From the IMG/VR virus record IMGVR_UViG_2609459856_000010: a DNA stretch of 9,718 bases; one strand, given 5' to 3'. Positions 1 through 7,818 of the stretch are shown piece by piece. Source of the DNA: a virus (lineage: Duplodnaviria; Heunggongvirae; Uroviricota; Caudoviricetes). The position numbers and the translations under genes were made by a program. The notes beneath the pieces were generated by a model. It did not search any database. It was given only the letters and a program-made list of their open reading frames with translations, and was not told where the DNA came from. Each line of letters begins with the position of its first letter. Within the stretch, counting starts at the first letter, position 1.

Positions 1-240
1 CCATTAAAAAATCTTCCAAGTTCAGACGAGATGCTGACTTTAAGTTCCACAACTAATGCCTTGTCCCCGGACAGTATTGATGCCACTAATTCGTTAATTG
101 GTAATGATGATTACAACTGTCTGATTGAAGGAAATAAAAATAACAAACGAACGGCGACGGGGTTGAGTACCAGTATTGTCGGTGCAGCAGAGACACGCCC
201 ACGTAATATTTCATTTAATTACATTGTGAGGGCTGCATGA
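1..240 (+). CDS. Tail fiber protein, C-terminal variable (receptor-binding) part; gene starts upstream of the window
   Basis: Frame 1 is open from base 1 to the TGA at 238-240, so the listed ORF 31..240 is the tail of a longer gene. It sits directly upstream of, and overlaps (ATGA), a tail fiber assembly gene, the usual fiber/chaperone arrangement. AT-rich, as is typical of variable fiber tips. Confidence 0.6.
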   Translation, partial: PLKNLPSSDEMLTLSSTTNALSPDSIDATNSLIGNDDYNCLIEGNKNNKRTATGLSTSIVGAAETRPRNISFNYIVRAA

Positions 241-842
241 TGTATAACGCCATCTTAAATAGTAAATTTATTGCCACAAAGGCAGGAGAGATTACCGTTT
301 ATAACTATGACAGTGAGACACGGGAGTATATTTCTGCATCAACTGAATATCTTGCTGTGGGTGTCGGTATCCCTGCATATTCCTGTTTAGATGCTCCTGG
401 CACACATAAGGCTGGTTATGCAATCTGCCGTTCGGCAGATTTAAACTCATGGGAATATGTGCCAGACCATCGCGGTGAAGTTGTCTATAACACCGAAACG
501 GGAGAATCAAAAGAAATCACAGCTCCGGGTGATTACCCTGAAAATACAACCACTATCGTCCCGTTAACGCCATACGATAAATGGGATGGTGAGAAATGGG
601 TGACGGATACCGAGGCACAGCATAGCACCGCAGTAGAAGCGGCAGAAGCACAGCGCCAGTCGCTGATTGATGCTGCAATGGCTTCCATCAGTCTGATTCA
701 ACTGAAATTACAGGCCGGGCGGAAACTGACTCAGGCAGAAACAACCCGACTTAACGCCGTGCTGGATTACATTGACGCGGTGACGGCAACAGATACCAGC
801 ACCGCGCCGGATGTCATCTGGCCTGAACTGCCGGAGGCGTAG
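237..842 (+). CDS. Tail fiber assembly protein (Tfa / P2 gpG-like chaperone)
   Basis: 201-aa ORF coupled to the fiber gene by an ATGA overlap. The C-terminus carries the motif DTSTAPDVIWPELPE, which recurs in the convergent paralog at 814..1242. Family assignment is from recalled Tfa/gpG similarity. Confidence 0.85.
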   Translation: MMYNAILNSKFIATKAGEITVYNYDSETREYISASTEYLAVGVGIPAYSCLDAPGTHKAGYAICRSADLNSWEYVPDHRGEVVYNTETGESKEITAPGDYPENTTTIVPLTPYDKWDGEKWVTDTEAQHSTAVEAAEAQRQSLIDAAMASISLIQLKLQAGRKLTQAETTRLNAVLDYIDAVTATDTSTAPDVIWPELPEA

Positions 843-1242
843 GCCATTCAATATCGGGTGCTGTTGACGTATCAACACGCATCAGCAGCACACGGTATTT
901 CTTCCATTGGGTGAGAGTTGTAGCTTCTTCATCAGTTGCGATATCAGCATCAACAGCATCCTGACGCCAGGATATTTCACTGTCAGCTTTTTCCCGTAAT
1001 TGGGATTTTTTAACTTCAGCAATAGCTATTAATTCCTTTTTGGTCGGCTGAGGAATATCTATCAGTGCTGGTTTTCCATTCAGTGTTCCAATCTGTTTTC
1101 CTGGTGGAATATCCATAAATAACTTTTTATGTTCTTCCTCACTGACTATTACACCATCATCAGGCCACAGACCTGATGCCTCAAATTTTTCTTTCTCCGA
1201 TATGGGGAAAAAGCCATTTGCTTTAGCGCTCCATACGTACAT
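814..1242 (-). CDS. Tail fiber assembly protein, alternative cassette (Tfa')
   Basis: 142-aa ORF ending VDTSTAPDIEWPTPP, the same C-terminal motif as the + strand Tfa. It is convergent with that gene and immediately downstream of the minus-strand fiber cassette (4-nt spacing). Confidence 0.8.
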   Translation of the reverse strand: MYVWSAKANGFFPISEKEKFEASGLWPDDGVIVSEEEHKKLFMDIPPGKQIGTLNGKPALIDIPQPTKKELIAIAEVKKSQLREKADSEISWRQDAVDADIATDEEATTLTQWKKYRVLLMRVDTSTAPDIEWPTPPAVQAR

Positions 1243-1243
1243 A

Positions 1244-1579
1244 TCAATACCCCACCGCTATAATGTCCACATTAAATCCCCCGGGACCTGCCTGCCAGAT
1301 GCTGGCCCCTGTTAATGATTTTGTTTGATGAACAACCGCCACATTTGCTGGCGATTGTGTTTCAGTTGTTGCAGTACCGATATCATTCCAGTTAATTGAG
1401 ATTGAATAGTTCGTTGTTGTAAACGACCGGGGGAAAGTTATGTGTCTTACATTGGTGCCGACAGGAAATCCAAGATAAACACGCTGAATTATCATTCCTC
1501 CAGGTAACATAACCCAGTTAGCACCTTCTCCAAAACCAACGTTTATGAAAATGCAGAGATAACGGGTAACTGGCATCAT
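1244..1579 (-). CDS. Alternative tail fiber C-terminal cassette (Sv'-like), silent in this orientation; only the part below the crossover site (about 1244..1525) is likely real fiber coding
   Basis: Minus-strand ORF followed directly by Tfa'. The hix-like site at 1526-1551 lies inside the ORF and encodes IFINVGFGE. The ATG at 1579 is probably fortuitous; after inversion this cassette would be fused to the constant part of the fiber gene upstream of the window. Confidence 0.6.
   Translation of the reverse strand: MMPVTRYLCIFINVGFGEGANWVMLPGGMIIQRVYLGFPVGTNVRHITFPRSFTTTNYSISINWNDIGTATTETQSPANVAVVHQTKSLTGASIWQAGPGGFNVDIIAVGY
1526..1551. other. 26-bp hix/gix-like crossover site for the DNA invertase (right boundary of the invertible fiber segment)
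   Basis: TTCTCCAAAACCAACGTTTATGAAAA at 1526-1551. It has the AAAACC-NN-GGTTT-like dyad architecture of hix/gix sites and matches Salmonella hixL, as I recall it (TTCTTGAAAACCAAGGTTTTTGATAA), at about 22 of 26 positions. It lies 55 bp upstream of the invertase start, as gixR does relative to gin in Mu. Confidence 0.65.
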
Positions 1580-1606
1580 CTCCGGTTTTTATTCAGGGGG
1601 ATGCTC

Positions 1607-2206
1607 ATGCTTATTGGCTATGTACGCGTGTCAACAAATGACCAGAACACGGAATTGCAGCGTAACGCGCTGGAGTGCGCAGGATGTGAGCTGATTTTTG
1701 AGGACAAAATCAGCGGCACGAAGTCCGACCGACCGGGACTGAAAAAACTGCTCAGAACATTATCAGCAGGTGACACTCTGGTAGTCTGGAAGCTGGACAG
1801 GCTGGGGCGTAGTATGCGGCATCTGGTCATTCTGGTTGAGGAACTGCGCGAACGCGGCGTTAATTTTCGCAGCCTGACAGATGCTATTGATACCAGCACG
1901 CCGATGGGGCGTTTCTTTTTTCACGTCATGGGGGCTTTAGCAGAAATGGAACGTGAATTAATTGTTGAGAGAACACTGGCCGGACTGGCAGCTGCACGCG
2001 AACAGGGACGCATTGGCGGACGTCGCCCGAAGTTGACAAAAGAACAACACGAGCAAATAGCGAGGCTGATTAAAAACGGTCATGACAGGAAACAACTGGC
2101 GATCATTTACGACATCGGCATATCGACGATTTATCGTTATCACCCTGTAGGCGATATACAGGCTGAAGAAACAACCAGGCAGACTCAGGAAAATGAAAAC
2201 CGCTAA
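1607..2206 (+). CDS. Serine recombinase DNA invertase (Hin/Gin/Cin/Pin family)
   Basis: The N-terminus MLIGYVRVSTNDQNTELQRNAL contains the catalytic-serine motif, followed by VVWKLDRLGRSM, GRFFFHVMGALAEMERELI and a C-terminal HTH (GRRPKLT...ISTIYRY), all typical of this family. Start is placed at the ATG at 1607 because the GGGGG Shine-Dalgarno at 1596-1600 is too close to the ATG at 1601. Confidence 0.9.
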   Translation: MLIGYVRVSTNDQNTELQRNALECAGCELIFEDKISGTKSDRPGLKKLLRTLSAGDTLVVWKLDRLGRSMRHLVILVEELRERGVNFRSLTDAIDTSTPMGRFFFHVMGALAEMERELIVERTLAGLAAAREQGRIGGRRPKLTKEQHEQIARLIKNGHDRKQLAIIYDIGISTIYRYHPVGDIQAEETTRQTQENENR

Positions 2207-2225
2207 TCTGACCATTAGCGGTTTT
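2196..2225. terminator. Bidirectional intrinsic-terminator-like hairpin between the convergent invertase and U genes
   Basis: Perfect 12-bp inverted repeat AAAACCGCTAAT (2196-2207) / ATTAGCGGTTTT (2214-2225) with a 6-nt loop. It has an A-tract on one side and a T-tract on the other, so it forms a U-tailed hairpin on either strand. It overlaps the invertase stop codon (2204-2206). Confidence 0.45.
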
Positions 2226-2232
2226 GCGTTAA

Positions 2233-2721
2233 TCAAAACAGCCCTTTAACGGAGCTGGCCGCGCTGTTAAGGGATGATGTGACCTTATCTTTGAAGCCGG
2301 ACAGCATATCACTGAACGATGAGGATTGCAGGCGCTCCCGCAAATCCTCATCACAGCGTTCAAGAGTCAGTGAAAACTCTATCTTTTTCGCCTTGCCGTA
2401 GCGATCAAACTCGGAGCGGGTCGTACTTGTGTCAGTCAGAACATACATGCCGTAAATCTGCCCGACGCCATCAATCAGAGGCCAGGGGCGTCCTGTATAC
2501 GCCTGCGTGGTCAGCAGCGAAAGCGACACTTCGCCACCTGTAATTTCAGGATAAAGCACGCCAGAAAGCACGATGCGATCATCACCTGCACCGATATACT
2601 GCCAGCTTGCTGAGCGGTTAACGCGTTCATTTTTCACATGCCGCCAGCTTTTGTTTTGCTGTAACTGCTGATGCGGCAATGTGCGCAGCTCAAAAACAAA
2701 CATGCCGTAGATCATCATCAT
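2233..2721 (-). CDS. U: Phage tail protein U (P2 gpU-like)
   Basis: The ORF starts MMMIYGMFVFEL and contains GGEVSLSLL, a P2 gpU-like pattern from memory. It lies directly downstream of the tape measure gene. Start is chosen at the ATG at 2721 (GAGGAG at 2730-2735, about 8 nt spacing); the ORF is open to 2727. Confidence 0.8.
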   Translation of the reverse strand: MMMIYGMFVFELRTLPHQQLQQNKSWRHVKNERVNRSASWQYIGAGDDRIVLSGVLYPEITGGEVSLSLLTTQAYTGRPWPLIDGVGQIYGMYVLTDTSTTRSEFDRYGKAKKIEFSLTLERCDEDLRERLQSSSFSDMLSGFKDKVTSSLNSAASSVKGLF

Positions 2722-2733
2722 GGCCATGACTCC

Positions 2734-5541
2734 TCAATCTTTATCGTAAAAACTGCCACGTCCGGCACGAGCACGCCGTTCCACCTCTGCCCTGACCATT
2801 TCACCGACCAGTTTCGCCAGTTCGCGGGGATTCTGCGTAACAACGTTATGCAGATGAACATGAATTTCACCACCAAATCCGGAGGCAACAGGCTCCCGGT
2901 TACGGGAAGTTACAGGAACTGATGCCACAGGAGATCGTATGGCCTCCGCCACCGGGCGGGAGCTGGCCGCAACAACAGGGACCAGCGCCGGAGGCAGCGG
3001 AGCCGGGACCACGGGGGTGATATTAATTGCGGGGGCAGGCTTACTGACCTGCGCAATCTTCCGCTCCTGCCACTCCCCACGAACAGCAAGTGCGCGGGGC
3101 AGGTTTTTAAAGACAATATCGCCGGGGCCAATGCGTTTTTTCGTCTCCTCAACCAGCTTACCTGTGTTATCAGCAATTTTGCTGAGTCTGCGCAGCGTAC
3201 CGGTATTGCTGTCTGTGAGCGGTTTGTTGTCTTTGGGGTTATCACCTCCGGTGCCATTGCCATTTTCTACAGGCTTCGGCGGATTGATTTTCGCCAGGTC
3301 CCCCTGAAGAAAGGCAACCTTGTCCTGAAGAATGGCCGCACGCTGTGCGTCTTCGATTTTCTTTCTCGCCCTTTCCGCTTCATCCGGAAGAACACCTAGT
3401 TTTTCAAGTATCCACGCCAGCGTATCCAGCAACATTTTTGCAGGTGTCAGAACAAGCTGTAACGCGCCACCAAGAACGTTACCGAATATCTCGCCAGCAC
3501 TGGTACATTTATCCAGCGTTTCCTTGCTGGACTCCATCGGTGACAGCAGCGATTTAAACCAGTTAAACACCTGGCTGATCCCGATTCCGATTGCGTCAAA
3601 AACAGGACCAAACCGTTCAAAGGTTTCGCGCAACGGGGTCAGCATTTCCATAATCCCGCTGAACACCCCGGCAAAAAATGCCCTGATGGGATCCCAGTAT
3701 TTCCAGATGAGAATGGCAGCTCCGGCAAGCGCAGCCACGATAAGACCAACCGGACTGAACAGCGCCCCGATAGCGCCTCCCAGCAAAGAAACAGAACCCG
3801 TCACCATTCCCCACAACGCAGGCAACACCCTGATGACATTCATTGACCGGGTAAGAATGTCAAAACCAAGACGCAGGGTGGCCAGCTTCCCGTAAAGCAC
3901 CCCAATAACCAGCGACAACGAGCCAATCGTTGCAGTCATTGCCAGCAACGCACCGCCTGCTATCAGTAGCTGGCGCGTCAGTACCGGATGGGCCTGCGCC
4001 AGCGAGGTGATTTTTTCAAGCACCCGCGTGAGCCACTGCGTGACAGAACGCAGCGGACCGTCAACCAGATCACTGATGCGAATACGAAGACCTTCCCATG
4101 CGCTGTCGAGATTTTTCAGGTCCCCATCAAGATTATCGGCCATTACTTTTGCAACGCGATCGGCCTCTCCCCTTGCCCCCTGCAATTCTCTGGTCAGTTT
4201 TTGCAGCTCTCCTGAACCAGCCGCCGCAACAAGCGTCTGCAAACCAACGAACGCCTCTTCTCCGGCGATGTCCTTGAAGAAGGAGACCTGGTCCACCTGT
4301 CCGTATTTTTGTGTCGCCTTATAGAGATCAAGCAGCACATCCTCCATCGGGCGCATTTTGCCTCTGGCGTCAGCAACTGACACCCCCAGCTCTTTCAGTG
4401 CATCAGCCGCAGCTTTTGGCGGTGATGCAAGGCGGGACAGACTTGCGCGCATGGCCGTGCCAGCATCGCTTCCGCGAAGACCATTATTGGCAAGCATCCC
4501 GGCCATGGCCGCCGCTTCTTCAAGACTGATACCAAGTTTTGCGGCAACCGGACCGGTATACTTCATGGTTTCGCCCAGCGCGCGTAAATCAGTATTGGTC
4601 CGGGTGAATGCCGCTGTCAGCGTATCGCCAACCCGGTCCATTTGATCGGCTGTCAGGTTGAACTGTGTGAGGATATTGGAGCCTATATCCGCCGTCTCGC
4701 CGAGTTCGACGCCACCTGCCAGCGCCATATTAAGAACACCGGGCAATGCGGCCTGAATGGCCTGCGGAGTAAAACCAGCCATTGCCAGAAAGCTCTGCCC
4801 ACTGGCGGCATCACTCGCAGTAAACTGTGTTTCAGAGCCAAGTTTTAACGCCTGCTCACGCAGCGCCTTAAACTGCGGGCTGTTTTTGTCGATTCGCGTC
4901 AGTGCCTGAACGCGGGACATCTCTTTGCCGAACCCGATCGCAGGCTGCAAAAAACGCCCGGCAGCATAGCCGCCCGCCGCTGCCGCACCAATTGCCAGCG
5001 CACCACCTGTTTTCAGTTTTCCCGCTGTTTCCTGCGCGCGCGAATACCGCTCACGCGCCCGCGTTACACGCGCAAGCGCCTGCCGTTCGCGTTCAAGCTG
5101 GTTGTTGTACTGTTCGGTGCGTCTGATGGCCTGCTGGATGGTGTTATCGCTACCTGTCAGGGAAATGCCGTGGCGTTTCAGCTCTCCGCCAAGTTCCCGC
5201 ATTTTCTGAATTTCCCGTGTGCGCGATTCATTCAGGCGTTCAAGCCGGGTGCTTAACTGCTGCATCAGCTTTTGTTGTTTTTCGCTGAGCACTGTACCCG
5301 TGCGTTGTAACTGATTAAGGGCGTTAAGCTGGCGTCGTGCTTTCACGATGCCCGCATCCGCTTTACTGACAGCGTCACGGGCGCGCTCAAATGAACGCGC
5401 CTGACGCTCGAGATTTTTGATCGCCCCCTGCGTTCGCTGGATGGAGTCACCAAACTGCCCCATCAGGCGGCGGGCGTTTTCGGCAGGCCGGGTCAGCCTG
5501 TCAACGGCGCTGAAAGCGACCCGGATATCAAGAGTCTTCAT
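2734..5541 (-). CDS. T: Tail tape measure protein (P2 gpT-like)
   Basis: About 935 aa. Charged, coiled-coil-like N-terminal region rich in R/Q/E, Gly/Ala-rich hydrophobic central segments, and a Pro/Val-rich C-terminal region. It sits between E/E' and U. Start is uncertain: GTG 5577, ATG 5550 or ATG 5541, the last having a GGGAA motif upstream. Confidence 0.9.
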   Translation of the reverse strand: MKTLDIRVAFSAVDRLTRPAENARRLMGQFGDSIQRTQGAIKNLERQARSFERARDAVSKADAGIVKARRQLNALNQLQRTGTVLSEKQQKLMQQLSTRLERLNESRTREIQKMRELGGELKRHGISLTGSDNTIQQAIRRTEQYNNQLERERQALARVTRARERYSRAQETAGKLKTGGALAIGAAAAGGYAAGRFLQPAIGFGKEMSRVQALTRIDKNSPQFKALREQALKLGSETQFTASDAASGQSFLAMAGFTPQAIQAALPGVLNMALAGGVELGETADIGSNILTQFNLTADQMDRVGDTLTAAFTRTNTDLRALGETMKYTGPVAAKLGISLEEAAAMAGMLANNGLRGSDAGTAMRASLSRLASPPKAAADALKELGVSVADARGKMRPMEDVLLDLYKATQKYGQVDQVSFFKDIAGEEAFVGLQTLVAAAGSGELQKLTRELQGARGEADRVAKVMADNLDGDLKNLDSAWEGLRIRISDLVDGPLRSVTQWLTRVLEKITSLAQAHPVLTRQLLIAGGALLAMTATIGSLSLVIGVLYGKLATLRLGFDILTRSMNVIRVLPALWGMVTGSVSLLGGAIGALFSPVGLIVAALAGAAILIWKYWDPIRAFFAGVFSGIMEMLTPLRETFERFGPVFDAIGIGISQVFNWFKSLLSPMESSKETLDKCTSAGEIFGNVLGGALQLVLTPAKMLLDTLAWILEKLGVLPDEAERARKKIEDAQRAAILQDKVAFLQGDLAKINPPKPVENGNGTGGDNPKDNKPLTDSNTGTLRRLSKIADNTGKLVEETKKRIGPGDIVFKNLPRALAVRGEWQERKIAQVSKPAPAINITPVVPAPLPPALVPVVAASSRPVAEAIRSPVASVPVTSRNREPVASGFGGEIHVHLHNVVTQNPRELAKLVGEMVRAEVERRARAGRGSFYDKD

Positions 5542-5794
5542 TGTCTGCATTCCCGCTGCGAAGTGCCGCCCGCTCACGCCAACTAACCACTTCGCCGGGC
5601 GTCATCATGAAGATTTCGGCGGGCGACCAGTTAAAAATGGCGGCGATATCTGCCACCAGATCTTCGATGTGCTCAAAGCACACCAAGGTGATTACGCTGC
5701 CGTCTCCTGCACGCTCTTCGCGCCAGAGTCTGGCTCGCTCATAAAATTTACAGCCACAGCGCACAACTGAATAAAATCGCGTGACGACATTTTT
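5528..5794 (-). CDS. E' extension: -1 frame segment producing the gpE+E' tail assembly chaperone fusion by programmed frameshift
   Basis: The -1 frame relative to E opens exactly inside the A7 run (the -1 frame TAA is at 5797-5795) and stays open to 5528, overlapping the start of T. This matches the E/E'/T arrangement of P2 as I recall it. Confidence 0.6.
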   Translation of the reverse strand, partial: KNVVTRFYSVVRCGCKFYERARLWREERAGDGSVITLVCFEHIEDLVADIAAIFNWSPAEIFMMTPGEVVSWRERAALRSGNADNEDS

Positions 5795-6066
5795 TTAATC
5801 ATCACTTCATCCAGTCGTGGCGAGGTCACGCGAGGCAACAGCGTGAACATGGTATCCGCTTTCAGATTCAGCACATCAGACAGCGACAGACCACGCAGGG
5901 ATCCAGCCTGTTCAATAGCCCCGGTGATCTCCACATACGTGATTTTTTCGCCACCACGCTCAATTGGTCGAGTCAGTTTTACGCCACGTTCGACAGCCAT
6001 ATCCTCACCTGCCGTCACATCATCCGCCACGGTGTTATTCCGGGTTTCAGTATCGATGTCTTTCAT
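5692..6066 (-). CDS. E: Tail assembly chaperone gpE (P2 E-like)
   Basis: 124-aa ORF between the tube and tape measure genes, with Shine-Dalgarno AAAGGAG upstream of the ATG at 6066. It contains the slippery run at codons 90-92 (I-K-K). Confidence 0.8.
   Translation of the reverse strand: MKDIDTETRNNTVADDVTAGEDMAVERGVKLTRPIERGGEKITYVEITGAIEQAGSLRGLSLSDVLNLKADTMFTLLPRVTSPRLDEVMIKKMSSRDFIQLCAVAVNFMSEPDSGAKSVQETAA
5790..5796 (-). promoter_or_regulatory. Candidate -1 ribosomal frameshift slippery run (A7 in mRNA sense) for E to E'
   Basis: The mRNA reads AUU AAA AAA AUG in the E frame. The overlapping -1 ORF becomes open at this run. Homopolymeric A runs are known slippery sequences. Confidence 0.5.
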
Positions 6067-6121
6067 CAGTTTTCTCCTTTTCAGTCAGAGGCGACGCACT
6101 GCGCCGCCTGCATATTACTTA

Positions 6122-6634
6122 TCAGCCAAGCCCGAGCGCGGAACGGATACGGTCAGGCACAATGTCCTTGCCGTCCTTCCGGTAAATGAAGTTCAGCAGG
6201 TCAATCTCCCACAACGGGCGATCGTTAACACTCAGCTTGTAGTAGGTGTTTTTAATGGCGTAAGTGTGTGATGTGGCTTCGCCCTGTTTGGCTTCCCCCA
6301 TATCAATTTCCGTCACACGTCCGCGCATTTCGACTTCATACAGGTCGCTTTCTGCATCGGTGTAGTATTCACCCGCAAAACGCAGCAGCGTGCCGTCAAT
6401 CGTGCCGCCATACTTAAGGAACAGCTCACGAACTGCGCCCCCCATGACAAAGCTCGCATCAAGCGCGGAGTCGTCCAGACCGAGATCAATACTTACCGCA
6501 CCCATCATGCCACCACCCCGGTAGCTGTCGGTTTTGCGCGTCAGCTTAGGTAGAGTGACGGACGTCACCTTACCCACTTCGTTTTCACCATCCACAAACA
6601 GCGTAAAAAAGCGAAGATGTTTTGGCACAGCCAT
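6122..6634 (-). CDS. FII: Tail tube protein (P2 FII-like)
   Basis: 170-aa ORF immediately downstream of the sheath gene, start overlapping the sheath stop. Size and position fit P2 FII. Confidence 0.9.
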   Translation of the reverse strand: MAVPKHLRFFTLFVDGENEVGKVTSVTLPKLTRKTDSYRGGGMMGAVSIDLGLDDSALDASFVMGGAVRELFLKYGGTIDGTLLRFAGEYYTDAESDLYEVEMRGRVTEIDMGEAKQGEATSHTYAIKNTYYKLSVNDRPLWEIDLLNFIYRKDGKDIVPDRIRSALGLG

Positions 6635-7818
6635 CAGGCACCTCCCAGCACCGCAAATGCGGGTTCAAAGTATTCATCAGTAAACGTCTGGTAAAGCTCC
6701 ATGTCTTCCAGCGGGGGAACAGGCGTATATTTGTAGCGAATACGCACACGCCCCTGACGTAAATCCGTGGTGCTGTTATCCACCACGTCATACCAGCACT
6801 CCGCGCCAATCAGTTTCCCGGCAGTAACCAGTGAATCCAGTTTTGCCCTGATGGCACTGATAACATCCTTCACGTTCGCAGGCGTCAGTGGACTGTCGAT
6901 GGTTTCAAACTGCGCTTCCGCAATTGAATCAGCCAGCACCTGTGCGGTTCGGGTATACACCTCAAAGATGTAGGCGTTCGTTTCCGGGGTGCGGTTGCCC
7001 CAGAAGCGGAACCCGTTGCGACGAATAATGGTCGTGATTTCTTTGTTGTTGAGGCTGTTGGCATCACTGTCTTCGGCCTGCAACGACCAGAACACATGCC
7101 TGGACATCCCCAGCACATTTTTAACCGGAACGTTGGACAGCGATTTGTGCCAGCCCTGCTCATGGTCAATGTACGCACGAAGGCCGCACGCATAGGCAGG
7201 CGCGGGGAACGTTTCGTTTTTGCCACTTTTCGGGTTGTAGGCGATGAAGTCCGGCCATAAGAGCATCACCTCACGTTCGTTGAATTTCTGGCGGTAGGTA
7301 ATCGCCTCAGCCATCGTGTTACAGCCGTGACATGAGGCATACACAAACGCGCGCAGTTTACCCGCAATCACGCACAGGGATTTTGTTACCGCCTCCGTGT
7401 CCAGCTCCGGCGCGGCCAGAATACGCGGACGGTATCCGATGCTTTCATCCTGCTCTGCAACAAGCAGCGCATACATCCCCGTATAGCTGCCGTCAGATTC
7501 AGAACCACCGATAACCAGTTGATCCTGCGTTTTTCCGTCTTCTTCTTTGTGTTCAGCCACGCGAACGACGATCACCTTTGTGCTCACCTGGTCTGCGATG
7601 GCCTTAAGCGCACGATAAAGCGTCCCCGTTGTTCCGCATTTTCCCAGCACGTCATTGACGCGGGTCAGCAGTGTGGGCTTGTTCAGCGGGAACAGCTCCG
7701 CATCCGCATCATCCGCCGTTGCCACGATACCGATAACACTGGAATCAACATCATTAATCGCTGTTACCAGGTCGGTACTTTCCGTAACACGGGCACCATG
7801 AAAACGAGTTTCACTCAT
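6634..7818 (-). CDS. FI: Contractile tail sheath protein (P2 FI-like)
   Basis: 394-aa ORF starting MSETRFHGARVTE, first gene of the minus-strand block, with Shine-Dalgarno AAGGGG about 8 nt upstream of the ATG at 7818-7816. Size and sequence are sheath-like. Confidence 0.9.
   Translation of the reverse strand: MSETRFHGARVTESTDLVTAINDVDSSVIGIVATADDADAELFPLNKPTLLTRVNDVLGKCGTTGTLYRALKAIADQVSTKVIVVRVAEHKEEDGKTQDQLVIGGSESDGSYTGMYALLVAEQDESIGYRPRILAAPELDTEAVTKSLCVIAGKLRAFVYASCHGCNTMAEAITYRQKFNEREVMLLWPDFIAYNPKSGKNETFPAPAYACGLRAYIDHEQGWHKSLSNVPVKNVLGMSRHVFWSLQAEDSDANSLNNKEITTIIRRNGFRFWGNRTPETNAYIFEVYTRTAQVLADSIAEAQFETIDSPLTPANVKDVISAIRAKLDSLVTAGKLIGAECWYDVVDNSTTDLRQGRVRIRYKYTPVPPLEDMELYQTFTDEYFEPAFAVLGGA

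Noticed and set aside
1-30. Looked for the left-hand hix-like crossover site at the start of the window
   Set aside because: No match to the inverted copy of the 1526-1551 site within 1..240. The site most likely lies just upstream of the window, so it cannot be annotated here.
1552-1579. ATG start codons (MMPVTRYLC) at the head of the minus-strand fiber cassette ORF, considered as an independent start for the silent cassette
   Set aside because: No ribosome binding site; the region is the spacer between the crossover site and the invertase promoter/RBS. The ORF start is most likely fortuitous, and the cassette is expressed only after inversion fuses it to the fiber gene.
2207-2232. The AAAACC...GGTTTT palindrome considered as a secondary hix-like recombination site that could explain inversion of the tail block
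   Set aside because: The half-site motifs are separated by 18 bp rather than the 2-bp core of hix/gix sites, and no partner site was found at the other junction (7819-7974). It is better explained as a terminator hairpin.
1618-2236. Minus-strand ORFs 1618..1899 and 1958..2236 overlapping the invertase gene
   Set aside because: Antisense to a well-supported, conserved serine recombinase; the translations are Arg/Ser-rich with no recognisable features.
2939-5126. Many plus-strand ORFs of 60-190 aa (2939..3307, 3332..3895, 4007..4324, 4358..4645, 4902..5126 and others) inside the tape measure region
   Set aside because: All lie antisense or out of frame to the 935-aa tape measure gene, have low-complexity Ala/Ser/Pro/Arg-rich translations typical of shadow ORFs in GC-rich coding DNA, and lack convincing ribosome binding sites.
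6067-6121. GC-rich dyad (GCGGCG-cagtg-CGTCGC in mRNA sense) between the tube gene and E, considered as an internal terminator or attenuator
   Set aside because: Short stem with a G-U pair and no following U-tract. More likely a minor structure, or part of the E ribosome binding region, than a terminator.
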